Shown here in pieces: positions 8,290 through 18,500 of a stretch of 29,575 nucleotides of DNA. The stretch is taken from positions 1 to 29,575 of the IMG/VR virus record IMGVR_UViG_3300032270_000481. The stretch is one strand, 5' to 3'. The DNA comes from a virus (taxonomy: Duplodnaviria > Caudoviricetes). Each line of letters starts with the position of its first letter. Within the stretch, counting starts at the first letter, position 1. Both the position numbers and the translations under genes were made by a program. The notes under the pieces were generated by a model. That model ran no database searches. It worked only from the letters and a program-made list of their open reading frames with translations, and was not told the DNA's origin.

Positions 8290-10102
8290 TTTCATGATTT
8301 CATCTTCATCGCCGACTGAACCTAATCACGAAGAGAGGTTGGTTTGGTCGACTGCTGCAGTTGAGAAATTGATAAGAGCCATGGATGAGGGTGTTAAAGT
8401 TAAAGCAACCCCATTTAGCGAGGGAAATATGAATTACCGAAGAGGTAATATCGTATTTGAGTATACCGATGAGGAAATGGAGCACATTAAAAAATGTGCC
8501 AATGACATCCTTTACTTTGCTGAACACTTTGCAACTGTAATGACCGATAAAGGTCTTCAACGTATCAAGCTGAGAGATTATCAAAAGGATATGCTTGTAA
8601 GCTTTGTTGAAAACAGATTCAATGTATGCCTGGCCTCACGTCAGATCGGTAAAACAATATGTTCCGCTATCTTTATTGCATGGTATGTCTTATTCAATTA
8701 TGACAAGAACGCACTTATGCTTTCAAACAAAGGTGCAACAACAAAAGAGATCCTAGATAAAGTAAAAGCAATTCTAGAGAACCTACCATTCTTTCTAAAA
8801 CCCGGTATGCTAAAGAATGACGTAATGAATATGAAGTTCGACAACGGTTGCCGTATTGTAGGTCAATCTACAACAGGTAAAGCGGGTATCGGTTTTACCA
8901 TACATCTTCTATTCCTAGATGAGTTTGCTCACATCCATCATAGTTTCGTTGACAGCTTCTATGAAAACGTTTATCCTACTCTGTCTTCGTCGAAGGTGTC
9001 ACGTATTATTATTACCAGTACACCTAACGGTTATAATAAGTTCTTTGAGATATATGATGCAGCCGAAAAGAAATTAAATGAGTTCGCAGCATTTAGAGTT
9101 GACTGGTGGCAAGTACCAGGTAGAGATGAGAAATGGAAGGCACAAGAGGTTAAGAACCTTGGTAGCGAAGAGGCGTTTAACCGCCAATACGGAAACCAAT
9201 TTATGGCATCCAGTAATCTTCTACTTTCTGGTGCATCTGTTAAGAAGCTTAAGAAAGGTGAAAAGAAATTTGTGTATTTAGACTTTGATGAATTTGAAAA
9301 AATTTCAATGGACTTGCAAAGATACTTATTTTTTGACCCTGAATATGATGGCTCCGAGTTTAAGGATAGAAATAGATACTGGGTATTTAGTATAGACCTT
9401 GCAGAAGGTGTCGGCGGTGACTATACTGTATTTAACATATGGGAGATTGTCCCGATGGAACGTAAAGACTTTGATCGAATTAGTTCGCCTAGTTCTATTA
9501 ACGATTTCTTTGCGTTTAAACAAGTAGGTGTGTTCAGAAGTAATGAACATAGCGTTGAAGACACTTCAAAAATTCTATACACCCTCTGTATTGATATCTT
9601 CTATCAAGAGAATACGAAACTTGTTATTGAGTATAACACATATGGGGCTACAATAATCAATTATCTAATGACTTTATTTCCACAGCGAAATGAGTTTGAT
9701 GAAGAGATGGTTGTTAAGTTTAAACATAGACATGACGCTACTGTTGCTAAATATGGATTGAAAATTAAAAAGGATAATAAAACTCTTTTTTGCCAGAACC
9801 TAAAAAAGTACATAGAGCAAAACAAGATATTTGTACACGACATGGAAACGATAAAAGAACTATCATCTTTCGGTAGAACGCCATCTGGTTCATACATCGG
9901 TCAAATGGGTCATGATGACCATGTCATGACATGCGTTTCTGTCACTGAGTTCTTTTCTACAATAGACTGCTCAGATTTTATAGAAGAGATTCTAGATGTC
10001 ATAGATGACGGTCTGCATGATGAAATGGAGGAAGCTTTAAATAAGAATAATAAGGAAGGTGACGGTAACGTGTATTTTGATATTTACGACTTGCTTGGCT
10101 GA
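8279..10102 (+). CDS. Terminase large subunit (gp17-like)
   Basis: Walker A SRQIGKT, Walker B LFLDEFAH, coupling motif ITSTPNG, nuclease motifs IDLAEGVGGDY and HDDHVM. Confidence 0.97.
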   Translation: MTNDFMISSSSPTEPNHEERLVWSTAAVEKLIRAMDEGVKVKATPFSEGNMNYRRGNIVFEYTDEEMEHIKKCANDILYFAEHFATVMTDKGLQRIKLRDYQKDMLVSFVENRFNVCLASRQIGKTICSAIFIAWYVLFNYDKNALMLSNKGATTKEILDKVKAILENLPFFLKPGMLKNDVMNMKFDNGCRIVGQSTTGKAGIGFTIHLLFLDEFAHIHHSFVDSFYENVYPTLSSSKVSRIIITSTPNGYNKFFEIYDAAEKKLNEFAAFRVDWWQVPGRDEKWKAQEVKNLGSEEAFNRQYGNQFMASSNLLLSGASVKKLKKGEKKFVYLDFDEFEKISMDLQRYLFFDPEYDGSEFKDRNRYWVFSIDLAEGVGGDYTVFNIWEIVPMERKDFDRISSPSSINDFFAFKQVGVFRSNEHSVEDTSKILYTLCIDIFYQENTKLVIEYNTYGATIINYLMTLFPQRNEFDEEMVVKFKHRHDATVAKYGLKIKKDNKTLFCQNLKKYIEQNKIFVHDMETIKELSSFGRTPSGSYIGQMGHDDHVMTCVSVTEFFSTIDCSDFIEEILDVIDDGLHDEMEEALNKNNKEGDGNVYFDIYDLLG

Positions 10103-10134
10103 TATATAATTCAAATAAAAATAACGTATATAAA

Positions 10135-13100
10135 ATGGCATTATCACCAGAATTGCTACAGTTTAAGTCTAGCGGCGTATACAGACTTGAATTTGACAAG
10201 AGTCAAGTTGCTAGCATTCCAGCTGAACAGATTCGCATGGTTGTAGGTTTCTCTAAAGAGGGCCCATTCAACACCCCTGTATTTGTATCTGACACTGGAT
10301 TTTTCCAAAATGTTTTCGGTCCATTGGATAGAACATTAGAAAGAAAAGGTTCTTATTTCCATAGAACAGCGTTGTCTGCTCTAGAAAGAGGTCCTATCCT
10401 TGCCTTAAATCTTTTGAGATTAAATAATGATCTTGAAAGTGCTTCACCGGATATCGTTGATTATCAAACATTTTCAACAGCATCTACTGAAGTGAATCCA
10501 ATTGAAAAGACTGCTCTTTTTTCAGGTTTCTACAATAAAGATAAGTTCTGGTTCCCTGAAGATCTAGCATTCTTAAACAACATTGGTTCAACTAACACTG
10601 GTGTAATTCAGTTTGTTAACTTAAAACAATCTCCAATTACAGTTTTTGCCCGTAAAGCACAAAACGTAAATGCATTTAACGTTCTTGCTAAAGAATGGTT
10701 TGGTGCAGGTAACGTTCCAGCATTTATGAGCGAATTTGACTACATTAGTGATTATATGATTGATGTATTTGTAGTTGCAGGTGATTTTTCAAACTATGCA
10801 CAATTAGCAATCGATCCAATATATGGTACATTCTTTGATGCAACTAAAGGTTTGTTGAAGTCTTCTTATCAAGCATTCTTGGATCTTCCTAGCGTTTCGG
10901 TTATTGCACAATACACTGGATCTTTGATTCCTGATTTTATAGATCTTAATGGTAATAACCTATTCATCCAAGATCTTATCAATTTTGATACAGCATCTAC
11001 TGGTTTGCTTTGTGCTGTGAATAAATCATTGTTTGACGGTGATGAAATCATCAGTGGTACTGAAACAGGTGTTGACTTAGTCGGTCATAACATTGAAAAC
11101 AAAACAAACACTGATCCAAACTTTACTAGCATCAAGTTTTTATCTTATGACAGAGCTGTAAGAGATGATTTCGAGTATTTAGAAACTCAAACCCAGGAAG
11201 TTGCAGTTGAGGTAACTACTGCCAATGATATCTCTTTCTACATAACTCAAGATGGTCAAGGATCTGCATCAATAGTACCACCAGTGGTTACTTCGCTTGA
11301 TCTACCTGCACAAATGGGTGCTAACATTGCTAACTACACTATCAAAATGAGTGTAGACCATCCTGATTATAATCAAAAGATTAAAAACAAGCTTTCTCAA
11401 AACATTGCAGGCCAAGGTCAAACACAGAGAGTTGTAGGTTCATATGTTCTTGTAGTTGATAACACATCAGGTGGTCCTGTATACCATTGGGCTCCAATTA
11501 CTACATTGACCGAAGCTTCAGGTTTCTTATACATCGGTGTAAGCATTGAAATTGCTGACAATGAAGTTGCAATCTTAGGCGGTGAAATGTATTTCATCTG
11601 GAGTCCAGAAGGTTCAAGATATGCACCTGGTGCAGGTGACGATGATTACTTTATATTTGAATCAGGCACTCAAACGTTTGATGACTGGGACAATGGAGTA
11701 ATTACAGCAGGTGATATTGCATATGATATTACAGGTACTGAGTTTTTCTTAGACATGGACTGGACGTTAGACAATACACTAATAACTGATGATAGTTCAG
11801 GTGTTACAGGTGGTAATACTCAAGTATTAGCTTCAGGCGGCTCAGCAACCAGTGTTTACTATAATACACCTACAGTGGTAATAAAAGGTTATGATGATGC
11901 TGAGTACACTACACAGATCTCATTACCAGATTTTGGTAACTATGAAGATTCTGCCGGTGATAATGTCTCTGGCGCATTTATAGTACAATCTCTTGTAGGC
12001 GCTCTTAACCAATCACTTTCAGTAGTTGCAGCAACTGGTCTTCCTGCAAATGAAATCAAAGTTGCTTATACCTCATCAGTTGGTAAAGTAGACGTAGGTG
12101 ACTATTTAGTTGCTACTGAACTCGGTCCAAATGGTGAGTCAAGACTTACAAAAATCACAAAGATTGCAAAAGAAGGTATCACACCTAACCAGGTTCTACA
12201 CATCTATTGCGACCAAGAGATTAAAACGTTCCAAAACGGTACTGTAGTTGAAAGATATAAAGATATAGAATCAGTTATCGATGCTTACAAATTGTTTGCA
12301 CTAAATGGTTTCACACTTAATCCTAACTATCATATTCCTAATGGTACACAGGACAGACTAGACGAAATCATGGGTGATACAATTAGTCCAGATACTAATC
12401 TATTCAAAGCTTTAATTGATAAAGATGCTATATCTTATCGCTACATTGTAGATAGCTTTGGTCTTGGTATTCAACCGCAGTCTAAGTATCAGCTTTCATA
12501 TCTTGCAAAGGCTAGACAAAATGCTTTCGCTATTTTGAATGCACCTTCAATGCAAGACTTTAAAGATTCAACAAATCCTAGATTTACAGATGCTAGCGGT
12601 TCAGTTCAAGCAAGACTTATCTCTACCGGAGGTGATCTTACACTTAATCCTACCATGGTATACGGTTTACCAAGTATCTCTAATGGTTCTAACTATTCAG
12701 GATTCTTTGCCCCTTATTTAGTAATAAGAGACAGAGGTAAAAACATTACAGTTCCTCCAGCGGGTAATGTGTCTAACAACTTTATTGACAAATATGCAAA
12801 CGCATTACCTTGGTCAATAGTAGCAGGTCCTAGAAGAGGTGTACTAAGCGGTAGAGGTCTTATCGGTCTAGAAACTAACTTCGATAAAGAAGACAGAGAC
12901 TACATCGAGCCATTTGGTCTAAACCCAATCATCTTCCAAAGAGGTGTTGGTATCGAGATTCATGGTAACAAGACTGCACAGCAAAATATAAAGTCTGCTC
13001 TTTCTAGCATCCATGTAAGAGAGGTATTGATTTATATCCAAGACGGTATAGCTGCAATTCTACAGAATTATCTGTTTGAATTTAACACTGCTCAGACACG

Positions 13101-13329
13101 TCTAGAAATCAAGACACTTGCTGATAACTTTATGTTCAGTGTAAAACGTGATAATGGTGTTTACGACTTCAAGAACGTAATGGACACAACTAATAACACA
13201 CCAGACGTAATTGATGCTAACATGGGTATCTTAGACACATATGTTGAGCCTGTTAAAGGTCTAGAAATCTTAGTTCACAGAACAACGATTCTTAGAACTG
13301 GTGCTATTGCAACAGGTCAATTCTCATAA
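10135..13329 (+). CDS. Contractile tail sheath protein (gp18-like), 1064 aa
   Basis: N-terminal SSGVYRLEFDKS...GPFNTP; C-terminal PWSIVAGPRRG, NPIIF, GNKT, FEFNTAQTR and NNTPDVID sheath motifs. Confidence 0.95.
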   Translation: MALSPELLQFKSSGVYRLEFDKSQVASIPAEQIRMVVGFSKEGPFNTPVFVSDTGFFQNVFGPLDRTLERKGSYFHRTALSALERGPILALNLLRLNNDLESASPDIVDYQTFSTASTEVNPIEKTALFSGFYNKDKFWFPEDLAFLNNIGSTNTGVIQFVNLKQSPITVFARKAQNVNAFNVLAKEWFGAGNVPAFMSEFDYISDYMIDVFVVAGDFSNYAQLAIDPIYGTFFDATKGLLKSSYQAFLDLPSVSVIAQYTGSLIPDFIDLNGNNLFIQDLINFDTASTGLLCAVNKSLFDGDEIISGTETGVDLVGHNIENKTNTDPNFTSIKFLSYDRAVRDDFEYLETQTQEVAVEVTTANDISFYITQDGQGSASIVPPVVTSLDLPAQMGANIANYTIKMSVDHPDYNQKIKNKLSQNIAGQGQTQRVVGSYVLVVDNTSGGPVYHWAPITTLTEASGFLYIGVSIEIADNEVAILGGEMYFIWSPEGSRYAPGAGDDDYFIFESGTQTFDDWDNGVITAGDIAYDITGTEFFLDMDWTLDNTLITDDSSGVTGGNTQVLASGGSATSVYYNTPTVVIKGYDDAEYTTQISLPDFGNYEDSAGDNVSGAFIVQSLVGALNQSLSVVAATGLPANEIKVAYTSSVGKVDVGDYLVATELGPNGESRLTKITKIAKEGITPNQVLHIYCDQEIKTFQNGTVVERYKDIESVIDAYKLFALNGFTLNPNYHIPNGTQDRLDEIMGDTISPDTNLFKALIDKDAISYRYIVDSFGLGIQPQSKYQLSYLAKARQNAFAILNAPSMQDFKDSTNPRFTDASGSVQARLISTGGDLTLNPTMVYGLPSISNGSNYSGFFAPYLVIRDRGKNITVPPAGNVSNNFIDKYANALPWSIVAGPRRGVLSGRGLIGLETNFDKEDRDYIEPFGLNPIIFQRGVGIEIHGNKTAQQNIKSALSSIHVREVLIYIQDGIAAILQNYLFEFNTAQTRLEIKTLADNFMFSVKRDNGVYDFKNVMDTTNNTPDVIDANMGILDTYVEPVKGLEILVHRTTILRTGAIATGQFS

Positions 13330-13336
13330 TTAAATA

Positions 13337-13362
13337 AAAAGCCCGGAGAAATCCGGGCTTTT
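13337..13362 (+). terminator. Intrinsic terminator
   Basis: AAAAGCCCGGA-GAAA-TCCGGGCTTTT. Confidence 0.88.
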
Positions 13363-13412
13363 AATAATTCTTTGAAAAACCCAATATATACTTAAAATAA
13401 TCTTAAATAAAA

Positions 13413-13964
13413 ATGGCAGGTTTACCACATTATAATAACTCTGTAGCTGCTACCAAGCTTTACGAGCCGATACAGGGTAATCTATTTGAAGTTACTATTT
13501 TACCACCTAGTGGAATTGACGGAACTTTATTATTAGAACACGTCAATACAATAGGCGGATTAGGAGGTTTGAATCCAGCTTATGATGCAGTTACCCAGAA
13601 ATATAAGTTTGCAGAAAGAAGTTATGCTGGTATGCCAGGTACTACAAGTGTAGACGTTTCTATTAACTTTTCTCTCAACTTAAATGATGCAAATCAAAAC
13701 TACATCTATAAGACTCTTAGAGATTGGTATAAAAAGATCTATGATCCTGCAACAGGTGCAATGGGTCTTAAGAAAGACTACGTTGGTACTATCATTATCG
13801 TGATGTATGACCGTCAAGGTAATATTCACAGAAAGGTTACTTTACTAGATTGTTTCCCAACAGGAGGTGTTCCTTTCGCAGATGGTCTAGACTATGGTGC
13901 ACAAGATCCTATCGCATTAGATATGGTATGGAAGTCTAATAACTGGATTGAAGAGAATAACTAA
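13413..13964 (+). CDS. Tail tube protein (gp19-like)
   Basis: Follows the sheath gene; NLFEV, LRDW, KKDYVGT and CFPT motifs; 183 aa. Confidence 0.9.
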   Translation: MAGLPHYNNSVAATKLYEPIQGNLFEVTILPPSGIDGTLLLEHVNTIGGLGGLNPAYDAVTQKYKFAERSYAGMPGTTSVDVSINFSLNLNDANQNYIYKTLRDWYKKIYDPATGAMGLKKDYVGTIIIVMYDRQGNIHRKVTLLDCFPTGGVPFADGLDYGAQDPIALDMVWKSNNWIEENN

Positions 13965-13981
13965 TAATTAAACATTAACTG

Positions 13982-14008
13982 AAAAGCCAGCTACAAGCTG
14001 GCTTTTTT
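13982..14008 (+). terminator. Intrinsic terminator
   Basis: AAAAGCCAGCT-ACA-AGCTGGCTTTTTT. Confidence 0.88.
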
Positions 14009-14020
14009 AGGGTATATGGT

Positions 14021-14057
14021 AATATATACTATGATAGTATAATACTATGATAGTATA
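14021..14057 (+). promoter_or_regulatory. Late-type promoter AATATATA overlapped by two tandem palindromes ATACTAT-G-ATAGTAT (putative operator)
   Basis: The 16-bp unit ATACTATGATAGTATA occurs at 14026-14041 and 14042-14057; each unit is an inverted repeat. Confidence 0.75.
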
Positions 14058-14074
14058 AAAATACTAAATACTAA

Positions 14075-14260
14075 ATGGCAAAGGATGAAAGTCTTACTGA
14101 GCGAATACAAGTGCTTATATCTAAAGAAGATCTTACTAGACTTCATGGCATCATATATCAAGAAGCCATGGCTGAAGGAAAAAAACCTGAAACGATTTCA
14201 GCTTATCTGCGTATACAAATAAAGAATTTAATCGAAAATAAAACAATATCACATGAGTGA
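14075..14260 (+). CDS. Small ribbon-helix-helix-like DNA-binding protein
   Basis: 61 aa: alternating strand ERIQVLIS, helix KEDLTRLHGII, turn, then helix TISAYLRIQIKNLI (CopG/Arc/MetJ pattern). Confidence 0.6.
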   Translation: MAKDESLTERIQVLISKEDLTRLHGIIYQEAMAEGKKPETISAYLRIQIKNLIENKTISHE

Positions 14261-15263
14261 AGAAAAAAGACTAAATGATGACGAAATGAGAAGGATTGTT
14301 GAAGAGCAACAGAATCAACAACCTATAAACGACCCTTATATCGAAAATGCTCAAAAATTAAAAGAATCTGCTAAGAAAGATGGCTTAGGTAAAGTCAATA
14401 CCAGTAAAGGTAAAGGCGGTAGAGTTGATACTGATGAGATAGCATCAGACATGGTATTAGGATATCATTCCATCCATATTAATGATCTTCCTTCAAAGGG
14501 TTTATTTTATCCTCTTGATGTTGAAATTCAAATCAGACCAGCTAAAGTTGCTGAGATTAGACACTTCTCTACGTTACAAGAGAGAGATCTTTTTGACGTG
14601 GATGAAAAGTTAAACCACATTCTACAAAACTGTACAAAAATTCGTACTAGAACTAGAATGATGAGCTGGAAAGATATCTTAGAGGAAGATAGAATTTTTA
14701 TTATCTTGGCAGTAAGAGCTCTTACTTTTAGTAAAGGTGAAAACAAGCTACAGGTTAAAAAGAATTGCTCAGATTGTAATACTGAAAACGTAATTGAAAT
14801 TGCAAATCAGAATTTACAATTCAATAGTATTCCAGATGATTTAATGAAATACTATGATGAGTTTAACAGAGTGCTTTCTATTCAAACTAAATCATGCGGT
14901 GTCATTTACATGAAGCCACCTACAATAGGTGTTATGCAAATTGTAACCAAGTACATCAGAGAGAAAGAAAGACAAGGTGAAAACTGGGACAAAGCATACA
15001 TACAAATCTTACCTTACATCCAACACGAATGGAGAGGTTTTACAGAAAGAGAAATATTCCAAGGTGAAGTTGATTTCCAAGGATGGGACGATACAAAATA
15101 TACATTGCATTACAGATTAGCAGAACAGGTTAAAGTCGGCGTAAAGCCAGATGTTGTTTGCTCTTGTAAAGCGTGCGGTTCGGAGGTCGCAGCCGCTATC
15201 AACTTTCGCGGCGGAATCAAAGATCTTTTCGTTGTTTCAGATATCTCTGGAGAACTTCTTTAA
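14253..15263 (+). CDS. Baseplate hub / tail assembly chaperone (T4 gp26/gp51-like)
   Basis: LPSKGLFYP, IRPAKVAE, DRIFIILAVRALT, two CxxC pairs and MKPPTIG; lies between the tube and tape measure genes. Confidence 0.8.
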   Translation: MSEEKRLNDDEMRRIVEEQQNQQPINDPYIENAQKLKESAKKDGLGKVNTSKGKGGRVDTDEIASDMVLGYHSIHINDLPSKGLFYPLDVEIQIRPAKVAEIRHFSTLQERDLFDVDEKLNHILQNCTKIRTRTRMMSWKDILEEDRIFIILAVRALTFSKGENKLQVKKNCSDCNTENVIEIANQNLQFNSIPDDLMKYYDEFNRVLSIQTKSCGVIYMKPPTIGVMQIVTKYIREKERQGENWDKAYIQILPYIQHEWRGFTEREIFQGEVDFQGWDDTKYTLHYRLAEQVKVGVKPDVVCSCKACGSEVAAAINFRGGIKDLFVVSDISGELL

Positions 15264-15546
15264 GACTAAATTCTATCTTTATCACTATCTCAGAATACAG
15301 CCAAGTGAAATTGAAGCTTGGCCGTATTATGAGCTTGAATATACTATCGAAAACCTTAGAGACTTTTTAGAGAAAAAGAAAAAGGGTGAAGATGAGCAAA
15401 ATGAGAAGTATAACAACAGCTCAATGTCTAGAGATATGAAGAGTCAACAATCGGCTATGAAGAGTTCAATAAATACTCCAAAGATGCCTAGTACTCCTTC
15501 ATATAAAATGCCGAGTCCTAGCTTTAACATGCCTAAAAAATTCTAA
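15232..15546 (+). CDS. Conserved small hub-assembly/tail chaperone domain, probably translated as a frameshift extension of the upstream gene (start uncertain)
   Basis: SLENFFKTKFYLY...PSEIEAWPYYELEY resembles the small ORF preceding the tape measure in T4-like phages. It is in the +1 frame and has no ATG close to the conserved part. Confidence 0.65.
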   Translation: MFQISLENFFKTKFYLYHYLRIQPSEIEAWPYYELEYTIENLRDFLEKKKKGEDEQNEKYNNSSMSRDMKSQQSAMKSSINTPKMPSTPSYKMPSPSFNMPKKF

Positions 15547-15552
15547 CAATGG

Positions 15553-18500
15553 ATGGCGTTTGGCCTTTTTAAGAATCCCTTTGAAGCTCTTTCATCAGAG
15601 AATCAATCAGCAATGGTTAAGAGCCTTGACGAAATTAAAGATTACTTCTTTAAGGGTAATACAATCGTCCAGGCTGTTAACAACCTTGGTATCTTACTTC
15701 AGCAAAATATAAAAGCTCAAAATACACTTACGCAAATCTTACTTAAACGTCAAGAAAAACAAATGACGGATAAGGATCAAAAGGAAATGCTTAAGACAGC
15801 TAAAATATTTGGGCCTGCTCTTGAACGAATAGTAGGGGCTATTAAAGACTTTAGTCAACTCCCTGAAGAGGCCGTAGATAAATTTATACTTGCTATTGAA
15901 AAGATAGGTAACGCTTTCATGAAAATGAAAGATATTGGTAAGACTATAATGGAAACTGCGAAGGGTCTGATGCTGATGGCAGGGGCTATTATCTTATTTG
16001 GTATAGCCTTAATAATAGCTCTTCCTCTATATCTCGTCGGAATGATAGCTGCACCTATAGTCTTTTTAGTTGTCCTGGGATTCGTATATCTGTTTACTAA
16101 AGCCTTGGGCGATAAGACTGGTAAAGATATATTAGATGGCGCCAAGGGTCTTATGTATATGGCCGGAGCGATTATCCTGTTTGGTATAGCACTTTTCTTA
16201 GCAGGCATAGTTTATGCTGAGCTTTGGAAAGGTCTTATAGGTATGATACCTATTGTACTTACAATCATGACCATGATACTTTTATTCAGCATGATGGACG
16301 GGTTAAGTGATACTATAGGAGATGGTGTAGAAGCCTTATTAATGATGGTAGCAGTTGTTGGCATGACAGGCCTTATTTTATATCTTGCAGGTATAGTATA
16401 TGCTGAACTGTGGAAAGGATTTGTCGGAATGGTAGCTATACTCTTAACAATAGGAGCCCTAGTCGGTTTAATGTTCTTAATAGATATGCTTAGTGATACT
16501 ATCATGGATGGTGTCAAAGCATTAGCAGTTATGGTAGGTATTGTTGCACTTACAGGTTTGATACTATTCTTAGCAGGTAAATTCTATGAAGAGTTATGGG
16601 AAGGTGCAATAGCAGCATGGCCTATACTTATAGTAATAGGAGCGTTAATAGGTTTGATGTTTGCTCTCGATACGATGAGTAATACAATATATGATGGAGC
16701 ATTAGCCCTAGGCGTAATGGTTTTAGCAGTAGGCTTAACCGCTATCATTCTATATGCAATTAGTGATTTAGCAGATGAAATGGTAGCAGGCTTAGGAGCT
16801 TCATGGCCTATACTTATTTTGATAGCAGCACTTGTTGGAGTGATGTTCCTTATTTCTTTAGTTGAAAAAGAAGTCTTAAAAGGCTCGCTTGCACTTGGTG
16901 TAATTGCTGTAGCAATGGTTATTTTGGCTGGAGCTCTTATGATGATAAAAAGCGTTGATTGGACTTTAGAAGATACCGCTTCCTTAAGTGCACTTGTAGT
17001 TGTTCTTGCCCTGGTAGGTACACTATTAGGCGTAGCTATGGAATCTGGTTTATTACCTCTTTTAGGTGCAGCTGCAATGGCTGCGATTGGTGTTTCTATA
17101 ATTATATTAGCAGAGGGCTTAAAGATTTATAAAGAGGCCAAGTTTACAGCAGACGATGCCGTCTTATTATCAGCGACGGTTGTTGCCCTAGCGGTAATCG
17201 GTACCGTACTTGGTAACCCATTCACTATAGGATTCACCTTAGCAGGTGCTGCAGCAATGTTAGTTATAGGCGCAGCAATGGAGCCTTTGACACAAGGCCT
17301 TAAAACATTTAAAGAGTCTGGTTGGACCGATTCAGATGGTACAAACTTTGAGAAAGCAATCGCATCAATCGTAAAAGGCTTCAGTATTATAGCTGACGAT
17401 GACTTAAAGAAAGAATACGGTATAAAAGCCTCAGCATACGAAATATACTGGGGAGTACGTGCATTAGCAGGTATCGGTAACATCCTAACAGAAATGGCTA
17501 GAGGTATACAGGACTTCGCTAACATGAAGTTTACAGAATATGAAGTAGTAAAAGATAAGGATGGTAATTCAAAAATACAGGCTAAAGAAATTAGAAAACT
17601 TACAGACGCTGAGATACAGGGAGCTGGAGTTAACTTTGGCAAAGTTTTAGATGCTATACTTATGCCTATTGCTAAAGTCGGTATGATGGAAATGATGAGT
17701 GAAGGTTGGTTTAGCGGCGGAGCTATATCAAAGGGTATAGAATCTCTTACAGGCCTAGGTAATATCATGACAGGTATGGCAAAAGGTATACAAGACTTCG
17801 CAGATCTTAAATTCACTAGATATGAAGTTATCAATGCAGGTACTAAAGATGCTAAAATAGTACCTGTTGAAATTGTACCTCTTACTGAGGCTCATTTCCA
17901 AAAAGCAGGTCAAGGTTTTGCTAAAGTAGTAGAAGCTATTCTAAAACCAATAGGTGACGTCGGTAGAGCAGAGATGAATAGTGAGGGTTGGTTTAGCGAC
18001 GGTGTAGTTAAAAAGGGAATCGAAGCACTTACTGGTATAGGTAATATCATGACAGAAATGGCTAAAGGTGTTCAGTCCTTTGCCAACCTTGAATTTACAT
18101 CATATGAAGTAGTAAACGCAGGTACACCAGATGCGAAAGTAGTACCAAAGAGTGTATTCACTCTAGCACAAGGCGACTTCTATAAAGTTAAAGATAATTT
18201 TAATGGTATCTTAAACGCATTCTTTGATCCGATTATATGGGCTGGTCAAAAGTACGATGAAAACGAAGATGCTGTCGATGATGCAATCGAGATCTTCCCT
18301 GATATGATAGAAGTTGTAAATAAATTAGCAGCAGCAATGAAACCTTGGATGGAAGTTCAAGATCCTTGGAAAGCCGGTAATTCATTTAACTACTTTACTG
18401 ATTCTATATTAAATGTATTTAGTAAACCTAATTCAGGCTTGTTACTATATAGACTAGGCGAGTTTACAACAAACGCAGAAATTCTTATCAACGGTTCTAC

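Noticed and set aside
8279-10102. Intein or intron in the terminase
   Set aside because: Normal length with continuous motifs.
17127-17834. 235-aa antisense ORF and the other minus-strand ORFs inside long plus-strand genes
   Set aside because: Shadow frames arising from the codon bias of the real genes; no motifs.
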